Below, in pieces: positions 27,988 to 41,179 of a stretch of DNA of 64,000 nucleotides. The notes under the pieces were generated by a model. The model made no database searches and was not told the origin of the DNA. It was given only the letters and a program-made list of their open reading frames with translations. The stretch comes from Eledone cirrhosa (taxonomy: Eukaryota). Numbering within the stretch: the first letter of the stretch is position 1; every line of letters begins with the position of its first letter. A program made the position numbers and the translations under genes. The stretch is from assembly GCA_964016885.1 (NCBI GenBank), contig OZ024741.1, positions 391,034,001-391,098,000 on the forward strand. Reading direction: 5' to 3'.

Positions 27988-28235
27988 ATAGAATAACATG
28001 GTCGACTGTACAAAAAGGGTTTATTTACAGTATTAACAGTTGTTTCATTAATCAGGTGAGTCTAAAGGCCGCTGATCGCTAGAAATTACGTTACTCGACC
28101 CTAATTACAGTGTCTGTTTCTGATCAAATCGGCGTAATTTCTAGCGATTATACGGCCTTTAGACTCACCTGATTGATAAAACAATTGTTAATACTGTAAA
28201 TAAACCCTTTTTATATAGCCGACCATGTTATTCTC
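27988..28235. repeat. Inverted repeat with ~100-bp arms
   Basis: AGAATAACATGGTCG...GAAATTACG / CGTAATTTC...CGACCATGTTATTCT. Confidence 0.8.
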
Positions 28236-28379
28236 CACTCTTTCACTATTATTCCTCCAAGAACCACCTGCATGAGAATTCTCTTAAACTCACCACATAA
28301 CTAAGGAAACTTCTTGTTGAGTCAAACAACGCCGTAGGTTAAAATTATTCTCAACACAGAGTACTGACAACCTCTAACA

Positions 28380-28532
28380 TATCAGTTACCGAGGAGGTCA
28401 CAGAATGTGTGACGAAAGCTTTGACAACAGTCATCTGATTGTGAAACGAACCAAATGGAAGTTTATAATAAATTGAATTGAAAACCAACACGTGCTCGTG
28501 TTTATACTGGTAGCATGACCCTCCCAAAGTAT

Positions 28533-28606
<74 letters not shown>

Positions 28607-28960
28607 ATACTTTGGGAGGGTCATACTGCCAATAAAAACACACGCATCTGTTGTTTTCATTTCAATTTATTATAAAAAAAACAAGACGGTGTAGGACAGA
28701 ACAATGGAGAGACACAACATATAAACCCAGTCACTGAGGAGGTCACAGAATGTGTGACGAAAGACCGTTGACAATCTATAATCTATAAACAACCATCCGG
28801 TTATCGAATCAGCCAGTCAACCGGATATTTATAATAAATTGAAGTGAAAACTTGCAGGTGCGTGTGTTTTTATTGGCAGCCCCCCCTGTAACAATATCTG
28901 TTTCAACATACGTTTTCAGAAAATAAATCTTGCAAAACAAATTCAAAAACGAAGTATAGA
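28380..28960. mobile_element. Two PLE-end fragments with hammerheads (GTCACAGAATGTGTGAC stem II)
   Basis: Motifs at ~28388 and 28734; related copies at 47977 and 52690-52830. Confidence 0.7.
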
Positions 28961-28961
28961 T

Positions 28962-28998
<37 letters not shown>

Positions 28999-30212
28999 GG
29001 AACCAGTAAGACCCCGACAGCTGAGCTCAAGCCGTTTCGACGGCTAATTCTGGACTAAATGAAAATTTATCCTGGTATTTAAATAGCCGATCTTCTCAAG
29101 GGGTAATTCCATATATGGTCAAAGTGATTGTCAAAAATCAGTAGTAATTCTGTGGTTGCAAATTAGTAGGGGAGATGGTGGCTAAACCTGCCAGTAGGAG
29201 AAAGAGGGGAGGGGGTGGAGTAGACCCAATCAAGCGTTGGTAGTGCCAGCTACAGCTGGGCATGAGGTCAAAGAAGATACAGGGGAGGGGGAGGGGGAGG
29301 AAGTCGGAACGGTAGGTAGAACAATGGGGGGTAGAAATAGGAAAGAAAAAATACTGAGAGTGAAGAAAAGCAAATAAGTGTAAAGAAAAAAGTAAAGTAA
29401 ATTAAATTCTACGACCTAGGTGTCAGGCTATTGTTAGGCGAGAATAAAATAAAGAAAGAAAGAAAGAAGTAAATAAATAAATAAAGAAAGAAATAAAGAA
29501 ATAAGTAAGAGAACTAGGTGGGACGGATAAAGGCAAGGACCCTTTTAAGAGGTATAAGTACGTAAATGATACGGTGACGGGTCAACAAAAGGGGCCAAAA
29601 TACTAAAGAGACTACCACGAAATAGACAATAAAGGTTTCCATCCCGGGCCAGCAACGACCCAGTGCAGCAAAGTGAACTTGTACGAGATAATAATTCTGA
29701 GTCTCGAGAAAAATATATACTAATGCTAACTCTAAAAGATCTAAAACAAGCTACATGAAAGTTCGTACGAAATAAAGGTAGAATACGGAGAAATAAATTC
29801 AGAATCCACCCCGCCCAGAAGAAAAGCGAAGCAAGAAATACTGAAACGAAAAAATAAGGCATAAGTGCCACTAAGAAATATAGAGGGCACAGAGAATAGT
29901 GGGAGCGGTCGGAAAAAGGGGGTAAGTATCCGGGGTCTAAGCCAACTGCTATAAAGGGCGGAGTCCGCCAAATCTATCAAAGACTAGGGGAGGGGGGGGG
30001 GGGGTACTAAGGCTACATGGGGCCAAAGGGCAGCCTCGGGTGGGCGAGAAAAGACGCCGACAAAGGAGAAGAGCTGGGGTAGAAGGACAAAGGAGAGAGG
30101 GGGGAAGGAAATAAAGGAAGCGATAAAAGAATACAAAGAAGATCTTACGTCTTCCTTGGCAAGCAGGGGTTACCCATTGCAAAATCGGCAACTGGGGTGT
30201 TATAGCCCTAGT

Positions 30213-31782
30213 CTACCCCCCCGGGTCATTATGGGGTTTGAGGGCGAGGTAAGTCCTACGCAATCTATGTTTACATGCAGTAACCAGTTCATCTTTCTTG
30301 TTTAGGAGTTGGTCCGTCGAAAACAGCATTTGTAAAGTTTCCTCCGAGCATAAATTGCACGGACGGCGTCCTCCCGTGTAAGAATTGGCTCTGGACAGTA
30401 ATCTCCAAGTGAGATCATAGGTGATGTTGTTGTCCTTGAGGTCCCATATGTGGCCCGAAAGTGTAGTGGCGTGACGCCGGGCCGGGTTTTGGAGGGTATG
30501 TCTATGTTGGTATAGCCGGGTCTTGAAGTCACATGCGGTAAGTCCTATATAGGCTTTGTTGGAGGTATCCGTCCTCACGTTGCACTGGTAGATCACATTA
30601 CGGTCTCTGCATCTATTGTCGAGTGGGCAAATTGATCTATCCGGGCAGTTACACCTCCTGGTCGGTTCTCCACTGCTAATTAGGTTATTTCTGCCATCGG
30701 GGTTGAGTTTTTTGTTGTTAGAGGAGACGATGTTTTGTGCGAAGTTTGGTGTAGTGCTGTAAGAGAGTTTGATGGTATTTTTGTTAATTATGTTGTGGTA
30801 GCGGTGTTGTAATGGGAAGTGTTTTTCAATGAGCCTAAAGAATAGTTTCCCGATGGGAGTAGTCACCTCTGCGTTGTGGGGAGGATTGAACCATGTTACA
30901 TTGCGTGAGCGGCGGTGTCTCCTGCTGGTTCCGCTAATGGGAGCTGGACAGTAGGATATTTCCTCCCGGAAACCACTCCGCTTAAGGGCCTGGTTGTAAT
31001 AAGGCGCATGTTCATCGAATATCCGCTCATTAGCTGACAAACGGGATATGCGGAGGGAGATGTTTTTGACCAGGTTGTTTGTGATGTTCCTAGGATGGTT
31101 TGATCGGCGGTGGATGTAGTGCAGATTGTCATTAGGTTTCCTGTATGGATAGTACAGGTCGTTTTCGAGGTCGAGGGTTACGTCCAGGAAGTTTACTCGG
31201 GTCAGGGACGTTTCTAGGGTTATTTTAAATCCCCAGTCGCGGAAGAATCTGATTAATTGTTTCCGGACCCTATCTGTACTACTGGGGTTGTACCCTTTAA
31301 GGGTAAGGAGCCCATCATCACGGTACAATCCACCACCGAATGCAGGAAACATATCAGTGAGTTTGGCTATTAGGAATAATCCTATAAGATCAGTGACCTC
31401 CGCCGAATCCGTGGCGCCCATGCTGACGTCGAAGGGTGAGTCGGGAGCTCTTTTTATCCATTTAGAGTCGTCAAAGAGTAAGACTGTCTTCCTGGCGTGG
31501 AGGATGATTTTTCTTTCCTGGTCGGTGATGGGCACGAGTGTTTCGGCGAAGTCCAAGGCGGCAGTAAGTAGCGGTAAGGTGATTGAAGCATAGTAGCTCT
31601 CTATGTCGAACTGTATGAATTTAGTTTCTCGTTTATCCTCCATATTGCTGAACCAAGAGATTACTTCCTGGGTGTTGATCCATAGGCTAAGTCGGGTGTG
31701 TTGCTTGACTTTTGGTATCACGCGGTCTAGGATTTTTTTGCTGATTCTCCCTATGTCGGACTTCGTTGGGTTAATAAGCCTG
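30213..31782 (-). pseudogene. 5'-truncated PLE RT/GIY-YIG ORF (inverted arm)
   Basis: FDIESYY, SMGA, LYRDD, FLD and YIG motifs; lacks the N-terminus. Confidence 0.9.
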
Positions 31783-31783
31783 T

Positions 31784-32602
31784 TTGTCAGCTAATGAGCG
31801 GATATTCGATGAACATGCGCCTTATTACAACCAGGCCCTCAAGCGGAGTGGTTTCCGGGAGGAAATATCCTACTGTCCAGCTCCCATTAGCGGAACCAGC
31901 AGGAGACACCGCCGCTCACGCAATGTAACATGGTTCAATCCTCCCCACAACGCAGAGGTGACTACTCCTATCGGGAAACTATTCTTTAGGCTCATTGAAA
32001 AACACTTCCCATTACAACACCGCTACCACAACAAAAATACCATCAAACTCTCTTACAGCACTACACCAAACTTCGCACAAAACATCGTCTCCTCTAACAA
32101 CAAAAAACTCAACCCCGATGGCAGAAATAACCTAATTAGCAGTGGAGAACCGACCAGGAGGTGTAACTGCCCGGATAGATCAATTTGCCCACTCGACAAT
32201 AGATGCAGAGACCGTAATGTGATCTACCAGTGCAACGTGAGGACGGATACCTCCAACAAAGCCTATATAGGACTTACCGCATGTGACTTCAAGACCCGGC
32301 TATACCAACATAGACATACCCTCCAAAACCCGGCCCGGCGTCACGCCACTACACTTTCGGGCCACATATGGGACCTCAAGGACAACAACATCACCTATGA
32401 TCTCACTTGGAGATTACTGTCCAGAGCCAATTCTTACACGGGAGGACGCCGTCCGTGCAATTTATGCTCGGAGGAAACTTTACAAATGCTGTTTTCGACG
32501 GACCAACTCCTAAACAAGAAAGATGAACTGGTTACTGCATGTAAACATAGATTGCGTAGGACTTACCTCGCCCTCAAACCCCATAATGACCCGGCGGGGT
32601 AG
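31784..32602 (+). pseudogene. 5'-truncated PLE ORF (thumb, linker, endonuclease)
   Basis: Same protein as 35312-36139 except a 9-bp deletion (HNKN vs HNIINKN). Confidence 0.9.
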
Positions 32603-33706
32603 ACTAGGGCTATAACACCCCAGTTGCCGATTTTGCAATGGGTAACCCCTGCTTGCCAAGGAAGACGTAAGATCTTCTTTGTATTCTTTTATCGCTTCCT
32701 TTATTTCCTTCCCCCCTCTCTCCTTTGTCCTTCTACCCCAGCTCTTCTCCTTTGTCGGCGTCTTTTCTCGCCCACCCGAGGCTGCCCTTTGGCCCCATGT
32801 AGCCTTAGTACCCCCCCCCTCCCCTAGTCTTTGATAGATTTGGCGGACTCCGCCCTTTATAGCAGTTGGCTTAGACCCCGGATACTTACCCCCTTTTTCC
32901 GACCGCTCCCACTATTCTCTGTGCCCTCTATACTTCTTAGTGGCACTTATGCCTTATTTTTTCGTTTCAGTATTTCTTGCTTCGCTTTTCTTCAGGGCGG
33001 GGTGGATTCTGAATTTATTTCTCCGTATTCTACCTTTATTTCGTACGAACTTTCATGTAGCTTGTTTTAGATCTTTTAGAGTTAGCATTAGTATATATTT
33101 TTCTCGAGACTCAGAATTATTATCTCGTACAAGTTCACTTTGCTGCACTGGGTCGTTGCTGGCCCGGGATGGAAACCTTTATTGTCTATTTCGTGGTAGT
33201 CTCTTTAGTATTTTGGCCCCTTTTGTTGACCCGTCACCGTATCATTTACGTACTTATACCTCTTAAAAGGGTCCTTGCCTTTATCCGTCCCACCTAGTTC
33301 TCTTACTTATTTCTTTATTTCTTTATTTATTTATTTATTTACTTCTTTCTTTCTTTCTTTATTTTATTCTCGCCTAACAATAGCCTGACACCTAGGTCGT
33401 AGAATTTAATTTACTTTACTTTTTTCTTTACACTTATTTGCTTTTCTTCACTCTCAGTATTTTTTCTTTCCTATTTCTACCCCCCATTGTTCTACCTACC
33501 GTTCCGACTTCCTCCCCCTCCCCCTCCCCTGTATCTTCTTTGACCTCATGCCCAGCTGTAGCTGGCACTACCAACGCTTGATTGGGTCTACTCCACCCCC
33601 TCCCCTCTTTCTCCTACTGGCAGGTTTAGCCACCATCTCCCCTACTAATTTGCAACCACAGAATTACTACTGATTTTTGACAATCACTTTGACCATATAT
33701 GGAATT

Positions 33707-33800
33707 ACCCCTTGAGAAGATCGGCTATTTAAATACCAGGATAAATTTTCATTTAGTCCAGAATTAGCCGTCGAAACGGCTTGAGCTCAGCTGTCGGGGT
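33707..33800 (+). ncRNA. Type I hammerhead ribozyme with a U3-A8 core; copies at 37243-37336 and ~29011-29105(-)
   Basis: ACCCC-TTGAGAA-GATCGGCTA...TAGCCGTC-GAAA-CGGC..GCTG-TC^GGGGT; GUC cleavage triplet ends at 33795. Confidence 0.75.
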
Positions 33801-33985
33801 CTTACTGGTTCCTATTACCCACTCTACTACCTCAAGTATTGAGTACTTTGGTGCGTTATGGTCCACCTGGTTCCTTACCACATTTCCTTCGTTATCTAGC
33901 TCCTACTCCCGTAGTAGAGCACTTTCCGACCCTACCACGCCGTATCCAGACTTTTCCGCTAAGCTCAATTCATTTCACCCGCACC

Positions 33986-36139
33986 ATGCGAAAACACAAC
34001 ATTGACTTCTCTACCAAGAACATCCCAATCCCACCGAAAAAACTTTACCTTCGGATGCTCACGTAAAAAATTGATCTATTTGCGAAAAGACTTAGATGGA
34101 GAACTTTTTTCTATGACAGATGTTGCGACAACCAGGACTTCGGCGCCAAGGAGAGATTCGGATTTATTACCTACAAATCTCCGCCCCTGAACCCCTTGCT
34201 CGCACCCTTCGAGAATGACCTCTTCCAGCTGGTCAGGAACATTAAATTTAAACCCAGACACAACCGATTCCTACAAAAACTCCGTAGCAACTGAACAGAG
34301 TATGATAACACAAATGACATCATGGTGCATTCGGATAAAACTGGGAACCTATACTTTGTCAACCCTGACAGATACCACACACTGATCAGGAGCAGCCTAA
34401 ACTACACCTATAAAAAGGCCAACCACTCTTGTATCGAGGACATAAATCGAGATGGACAACAAATCACCTCCAGCCTCGGGGTCGCCGACCGCACGGAACC
34501 TCTAGACCCACGAACACCATACTTCACACTGAAGGACCATAAATCCGATTTTGACCGTAAACCCTCCATCAGGCTTATTAACCCAACGAAGTCCGACATA
34601 GGGAGAATCAGCAAAAAAATCCTAGACCGCGTGATACCAAAAGTCAAGCAACACACCCGACTTAGCCTATGGATCAACACCCAGGAAGTAATCTCCTGGT
34701 TCAGCAATATGGAGGATAAACGAGAAACTAAATTCATACAGTTCGACATAGAGAGCTACTATGCTCCAATCACCTTACCGCTACTTACTGCCGCCTTGGA
34801 CTTCGCCGAAACACTCGTGCCCATCACCGACCAGGAAAGAAAAATCATCCTCCACGCCAGGAAGACAGTCTTACTCTTTGACGACTCTAAATGGATAAAA
34901 AGAGCTCCCGACTCACCCTTCGACGTCAGCATGGGCGCCACGGATTCGGCGGAGGTCACTGATCTTATAGGATTATTCCTAATAGCCAAACTCACTGATA
35001 TGTTTCCTGCATTCGGTGGTGGATTGTACCGTGATGATGGGCTCCTTACCCTTAAAGGGTACAACCCCAGTAGTACAGATAGGGTCCGGAAACAATTAAT
35101 CAGATTCTTCCGCGACTGGGGATTTAAAATAACCCTACAAACGTCCCTGACCCGAGTAAACTTCCTGGACGTAACCCTCGACCTCGAAAACGACCTGTAC
35201 TATCCATACAGGAAACCTAATGACAATCTGCACTACATCCACCGCCGATCAAACCATCCTAGGAACATCACAAACAACCTGGTCAAAAACATCTCCCTCC
35301 GCATATCCCGTTTGTCAGCTAATGAGCGGATATTCGATGAACATGCGCCTTATTACAACCAGGCCCTCAAGCGGAGTGGTTTCCGGGAGGAAATATCCTA
35401 CTGTCCAGCTCCCATTAGCGGAACCAGCAGGAGACACCGCCGCTCACGCAATGTAACATGGTTCAATCCTCCCCACAACGCAGAGGTGACTACTCCCATC
35501 GGGAAACTATTCTTTAGGCTCATTGAAAAACACTTCCCATTACAACACCGCTACCACAACATAATTAACAAAAATACCATCAAACTCTCTTACAGCACTA
35601 CACCAAACTTCGCACAAAACATCGTCTCCTCTAACAACAAAAAACTCAACCCCGATGGCAGAAATAACCTAATTAGCAGTGGAGAACCGACCAGGAGGTG
35701 TAACTGCCCGGATAGATCAATTTGCCCACTCGACAATAGATGCAGAGACCGTAATGTGATCTACCAGTGCAACGTGAGGACGGATACCTCCAACAAAGCC
35801 TATATAGGACTTACCGCATGTGACTTCAAGACCCGGCTATACCAACATAGACATACCCTCCAAAACCCGGCCCGGCGTCACGCCACTACACTTTCGGGCC
35901 ACATATGGGACCTCAAGGACAACAACATCACCTATGATCTCACTTGGAGATTACTGTCCAGAGCCAATTCTTACACGGGAGGACGCCGTCCGTGCAATTT
36001 ATGCTCGGAGGAAACTTTACAAATGCTGTTTTCGACGGACCAACTCCTAAACAAGAAAGATGAACTGGTTACTGCATGTAAACATAGATTGCGTAGGACT
36101 TACCTCGCCCTCAAACCCCATAATGACCCGGCGGGGTAG
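33986..36139 (+). pseudogene. Full-length PLE ORF (RT + GIY-YIG) with two premature stops
   Basis: ATG 33986 MRKHNIDFSTKNIPIP...; in-frame TAA 34064 and TGA 34292; open 34322-36139 with SDKTGN, LYRDD and YIG. Confidence 0.9.
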
Positions 36140-37450
36140 ACTAGGGCTATAACACCCCAGTTGCCGATTTTGCAATGGGTAACCCCTGCTTGCCAAGGAA
36201 GACGTAAGATCTTCTTTGTATTCTTTTATCGCTTCCTTTATTTCCTTCCCCCCTCTCTCCTTTGTCCTTCTACCCCAGCTCTTCTCCTTTGTCGGCGTCT
36301 TTTCTCGCCCACCCGAGGCTGCCCTTTGGCCCCATGTAGCCTTAGTACCCCCCCCTCCCCTAGTCTTTGATAGATTTGGCGGACTCCGCCCTTTATAGCA
36401 GTTGGCTTAGACCCCGGATACTTACCCCCTTTTTCCGACCGCTCCCACTATTCTCTGTGCCCTCTATACTTCTTAGTGGCACTTATGCCTTATTTTTTCG
36501 TTTCAGTATTTCTTGCTTCGCTTTTCTTCAGGGCGGGGTGGATTCTGAATTTATTTCTCCGTATTCTACCTTTATTTCGTACGAACTTTCATGTAGCTTG
36601 TTTTAGATCTTTTAGAGTTAGCATTAGTATATATTTTTCTCGAGACTCAGAATTATTATCTCGTACAAGTTCACTTTGCTGCACTGGGTCGTTGCTGGCC
36701 CGGGATGGAAACCTTTATTGTCTATTTCGTGGTAGTCTCTTTAGTATTTTGGCCCCTTTTGTTGACCCGTCACCGTATCATTTACGTACTTATACCTCTT
36801 AAAAGGGTCCTTGCCTTTATCCGTCCCACCTAGTTCTCTTACTTATTTCTTTATTTCTTTATTTATTTATTTATTTACTTCTTTCTTTCTTTCTTTATTT
36901 TATTCTCGCCTAACAATAGCCTGACACCTAGGTCGTAGAATTTAATTTACTTTACTTTTTTCTTTACACTTATTTGCTTTTCTTCACTCTCAGTATTTTT
37001 TCTTTCCTATTTCTACCCCCCCATTGTTCTACCTACCGTTCCGACTTCCTCCCCCTCCCCCTCCCCTGTATCTTCTTTGACCTCATGCCCAGCTGTAGCT
37101 GGCACTACCAACGCTTGATTGGGTCTACTCCACCCCTCCCCTCTTTCTCCTACTGGCAGGTTTAGCCACCATCTCCCCTACTAATTTGCAACCACAGAAT
37201 TACTACTGATTTTTGACAATCACTTTGACCATATATGGAATTACCCCTTGAGAAGATCGGCTATTTAAATACCAGGATAAATTTTCATTTAGTCCAGAAT
37301 TAGCCGTCGAAACGGCTTGAGCTCAGCTGTCGGGGTCTTACTGGTTCCTATTACCCACTCTACTACCTCAAGTATTGAGTACTTTGGTGCGTTATGGTCC
37401 ACCTGGTTCCTTACCACATTTCCTTCGTTATATATATATATATATATATA

Positions 37451-37900
37451 AAATTAGAATTGGTGCTCTGAAATAGCGATATATATATGAATGTATATAT
37501 AGTGTACTTTGCAATACACTGTATTCTTAATTAAAAGCATTTTGAAGACCTTACGTTATTGTTTTAAAGTAGCGACAGTGTCACTTACTTCAATTTTCAG
37601 CCAACAGGGGAGATAAGCTGACAGAGCTCTGTTTTGTACTTGTTGGTACTTATCAAAGCTCACCACTCCTCCTGTTTGCTGAAAATTATGAATGTTGGAT
37701 TCTTATAGAATTCCAGTAATAATCAGGAACTGATTATACAGAGCGGTTGCCGGTCCAGCAAAAATTAAAAATTAGAATTGGTGCTCTGAAATAGCGATAT
37801 ATATATGAATGTATATATATAGTGTATTTTGTAATACACTGTATGCTTAATAAAAAGCATTTTGAAGACCTTACGCTATTATTTAAAAGTAGCGACAATG
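37451..37900 (-). mobile_element. Retrozyme-like tandem unit (period 318 bp)
   Basis: ATTAGAATTGGTGCTCTG at 37453 and 37771; minus-strand TTGATAA-GTAC..GTAC-AAAA-CAGAGCTCTG-TC. Confidence 0.7.
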
Positions 37901-38401
37901 TAGATTCAAATATTTTGTTCCAGCATTGAAAATATTTTCAGAATATTGTTAATTTAGCGAAGTTATATAGTTTATCATAGATATTATAATCTTTATGTTT
38001 GCTCGATTGAAAAGGAAAAGATAACTCCAATCTTGTTTGCTAACCGTTAAATTTGATGAATGATTTACTCAGAAAATATATAGAGAACATTATATATTAT
38101 TTTGTGTGAGATTAATTTTTCAATGATGAGAGTTTCAATTATATATTATTTTAGTCGAAAGATGTGTGAAAGTTTGAAGATCGAAGAAGAGGAAAAAAAA
38201 GAGGAAAAAGTATTGTGCATTTCGAAGAACTATCGTAAAGAGGATAACTTTCAGAATGTCAATTAAAGATTATCAATCTACACCCCAAAAAATAGATTTC
38301 GAGGAGTATCATTAAGAAAATAATGTCAAAATAGTAAAAATATTAAAATTAAGAATATTCTGAAAACATTTTCAATGTTGCAACAAAATATTTGAATCTA
38401 C
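37900..38401. repeat. Segment bounded by ~48-bp inverted repeats (MITE-like or PLE inversion)
   Basis: GTAGATTCAAATATTTTGTT...CAGAATATT / AATATTCTG...AACAAAATATTTGAATCTAC. Confidence 0.65.
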
Positions 38402-38433
38402 AAATTGTCCTCCTCTTACAACTTGAACTACGT

Positions 38434-38467
<34 letters not shown>

Positions 38468-38471
<4 letters not shown>

Positions 38472-38978
38472 CTTTGATAACTTTGATAGGTTTCGGCCAG
38501 TATTGGCCCAGGCAATGTCTAACTTAATAGCACCACCTGGCGAAAAGTCTTACAAATCAGTGTTTGGGCACCATGGTCCACTCGAGCAGAGAGTTATTGT
38601 TTACGGAAGCATATCCGGGTGTAGGAGGCTTATCCGGGATTTCTTGAAGGAATTTATCAAAATACTTCTTGAACTTGATGGGGTCTGTCTCTGCTTTGAT
38701 GTGTCTTGGTGTAATGTTAAAGAGTGCAGGGCCAATTGAGGTGAAATAGTTGTGCCGTAATGTTGTTATGTGATGCGAGTGGGATTTTTGTCGTGGGCGG
38801 ATAGCACGGGGCCCAAGCCTTGGGTGTACACTAAAGGTGATGCCAACATCATTTGGGCTAAGCTGATGGAATATTTTCCACATCATACAGATAATGTAGC
38901 GCTCACGGCGACGTTGACGAGAATAAAGTTTGAGCTTTTCTAATCGCCCCCAATAGTCAAGGCCTGTCATGCCAACTA
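38468..38978 (-). mobile_element. 3' end of a CR1/L2-group LINE
   Basis: LDYWGRLEKLKLYSRQRRRERY...FN..P..IK...FKKYFDKFL..IPD.P; tandem tail ATCAAAGTT. Confidence 0.8.
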
Positions 38979-38980
38979 TA

Positions 38981-39072
<92 letters not shown>

Positions 39073-39533
39073 AAATATATATGTATATGTATATAATATA
39101 TATGTATATAAAATTGTACTTACAACCATAATTCTTCATATAATCTAATTGATTATATATACAATAATACATAATATAGCTAAAAAAATTTTAAATTCTG
39201 GAATCATATTCCACCATTCCTACAAATTCTTTTTAAATTAACGTAAATAAAAGCAGCTCTTCTTTCTTTCTTTTTCTTCTTCCTACACATACATACATAT
39301 ATCCTAATTATTTAAATCAACATAGCGTCTAAAAATAACGTTTTTTTTTCAGCCCATTTGCATACCCATCTTAATAATTTGAAATATTTGACTTTTCTTC
39401 TCTTTCCCTTCTTCCCTTCACTATCCAGGAAAAAAACTTGAACCGTTAAGTTATTCTTCCCTGATTATGTCAATATGGTAAATATGGTTTTATAAATATA
39501 GTTTCCATTTATTTAATATCATTGTATATATAT

Positions 39534-39635
39534 AGGAACAAGTCTTACTTGTTCCTATTACCCACTCTACTACCCTAAGTATTGAGTACTTTGGTGCGTT
39601 ATGGTCCACCTGGTTCCTTACCACATTTCCTTCGT

Positions 39636-39637
<2 letters not shown>
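39534..39637 (+). mobile_element. Smallest mini-insertion of the PLE terminal module
   Basis: 10-bp inverted arm AGGAACAAGT plus direct arm to TTCGTTA-(TA)n. Confidence 0.85.
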
Positions 39638-39717
<80 letters not shown>

Positions 39718-39744
39718 TTATATATATATGTATGTATGTATGTA

Positions 39745-40200
39745 TATATAGTGTATTTTGCAATACACTGTATGCTTAATTAAAAGCATTTTGACTATTT
39801 CAGAGCACCAATTCTAATTTTCAATTTTTGCTGGACCGGCAACCGCTCTGTATAATCAGTTCCTGATTATTACTGGAATTCTATAAGAATCCAACATTCA
39901 TAATGTTCAGCAAACTGGAGGAGTGCTAGGCTTTGATATGTACCAACAGTACGAAACAGAGCCCTGTCAGCTTATCTCCCCTTGTTTGCTGAAAATAGAA
40001 GTAAGTGACATAGTCACTACTTTAAAACAATAGCGTATTGTCTTCAAAATGCTTTTAATTAAGCATACAGTGTATTGCAAAAAACACTATATGTATTGCA
40101 AAAAACACTATATATACATTCATATATATGAATGTATATATAGTGTTTTTTTGAATGTATATATATTGTGTTTTTTTGCAATACACTGTATGCTTAATTA
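39745..40200 (+). mobile_element. Retrozyme-like unit with short inverted flanks
   Basis: Homologous to 5580-5800 and 37451-37900; GTAC-GAAA-CAGAGCCCTG-TC at ~39950. Confidence 0.7.
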
Positions 40201-40224
40201 AATATATTATATATATTACTTCAA

Positions 40225-40920
40225 AATATTAATAAATATAGACATTCATGTGATCAAATATATTTTATTATACATATTTCAGATGTACTGAGGTATTTCA
40301 TCAGTATGTTCTCATCAGATAAAATAAATTGATGTCTGACATACCTCAACTGTGCTGATGGTTCAATTCCAGTCTTGGCAGTGATTAGTTATGACAAAAC
40401 TCAATATTTATATACCATAAATTGTAACATGACAAACTACATATAACTGAGAGGGTACGTATGAGAACGTGTATAAAAAATATAATAAGTATATATAAAG
40501 ACAAGTAAAACATATAATCATATAACTACATAACTGTTAAAAATTTAATTAAATATGTAAAAATTTAATTAAATATGTAAACTTCAGTATTAGAGAAGGA
40601 GCAAATGAGAGAAAGAAAGAGCTAAATGGAGGAGAGAAAGAAAAGATAGAGAGATGATACTAAAAACAAAGAGGGGAGATATGTATTGTATAATATAATT
40701 ACTTAAGGAAAAGAAGAATAAAGGTATGTGATGCGTGACCGTTTTTTTTCAAATATTAAGTTAGGTAGAAATAATCAATTAAATATCATGAAATTTTTAG
40801 TCTATAATATTTGAAAGAAGTTATAGCATTATATTATATCATAGTTAAAACAATATAAAGTGAAAAAGATAATTTGACATAATTTCAAGGGTAAACATGG
40901 GTATATTTAAATTAATAAAT
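40225..40920 (-). mobile_element. PLE-like 3' region with a hammerhead (40260-40326)
   Basis: Minus strand TATTTTAT-CTGATGA...GAAA-TATGTA-TA-ATAAAATA; shares sequence with 26250-26420. Confidence 0.65.
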
Positions 40921-40978
40921 ATACTCAATAATTTGGTTAAAAAAACAAAATTAAAAATATTATTAACTAACAATAGTG

Positions 40979-41140
40979 GATGGTGGTGGATTGGCGGTAG
41001 AGGGTCGGACGCCATGCTTTCCAGCATAGTTACGTCCCTTTACGATCTGAGTTCAAATCCCGCCGAGGTTGACTTTACCTTTCATCCTTACGGGGTCGAT
41101 AAAATAAAGTACCAGTAATGCACTGGGTAATTGCTGGCCT
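40979..41140 (+). mobile_element. tRNA-derived SINE
   Basis: TGGCGGTAGAGG A-box-like, GAGTTCAAATCC B-box, conserved body. Confidence 0.7.
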
Positions 41141-41179
41141 TAACTCTGAAGCCGAGAATCATTCGGTTTCCTTGTTAGA

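Larger units (their letters stand above)
28998..37430. mobile_element. Young composite PLE: inverted 5'-truncated copy plus partial tandem; RT with C-terminal GIY-YIG; resembles the Hydra clade
   Basis: Minus arm 28998-31782, plus partial unit 31782-33894, full unit 33895-37430; near-identical copies; flanked by (TA)n; CxCx5Cx5C linker, VIY..YIG, CNLC..E, LLNKKDE, CKH. Confidence 0.95.

Noticed and set aside
34292-34294. In-frame TGA as selenocysteine, as reported for some Naiad PLEs
   Set aside because: It does not align with a Cys in the related 52958 element, a TAA stop lies upstream, the endonuclease is C-terminal (not Naiad order), and no SECIS was recognised.
29545-37165. Short ORFs in the PLE 3' region (e.g. 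32940-33266, 36476-36802) and antisense ORFs
   Set aside because: They recur only because the DNA is duplicated; low-complexity, with no recognisable motifs.
28998-37430. Large inverted duplication as an assembly or chimeric-read artefact
   Set aside because: The arms differ by SNPs and indels, end at different defined sites, and follow the same layout as six small insertions; long-read confirmation is still desirable.
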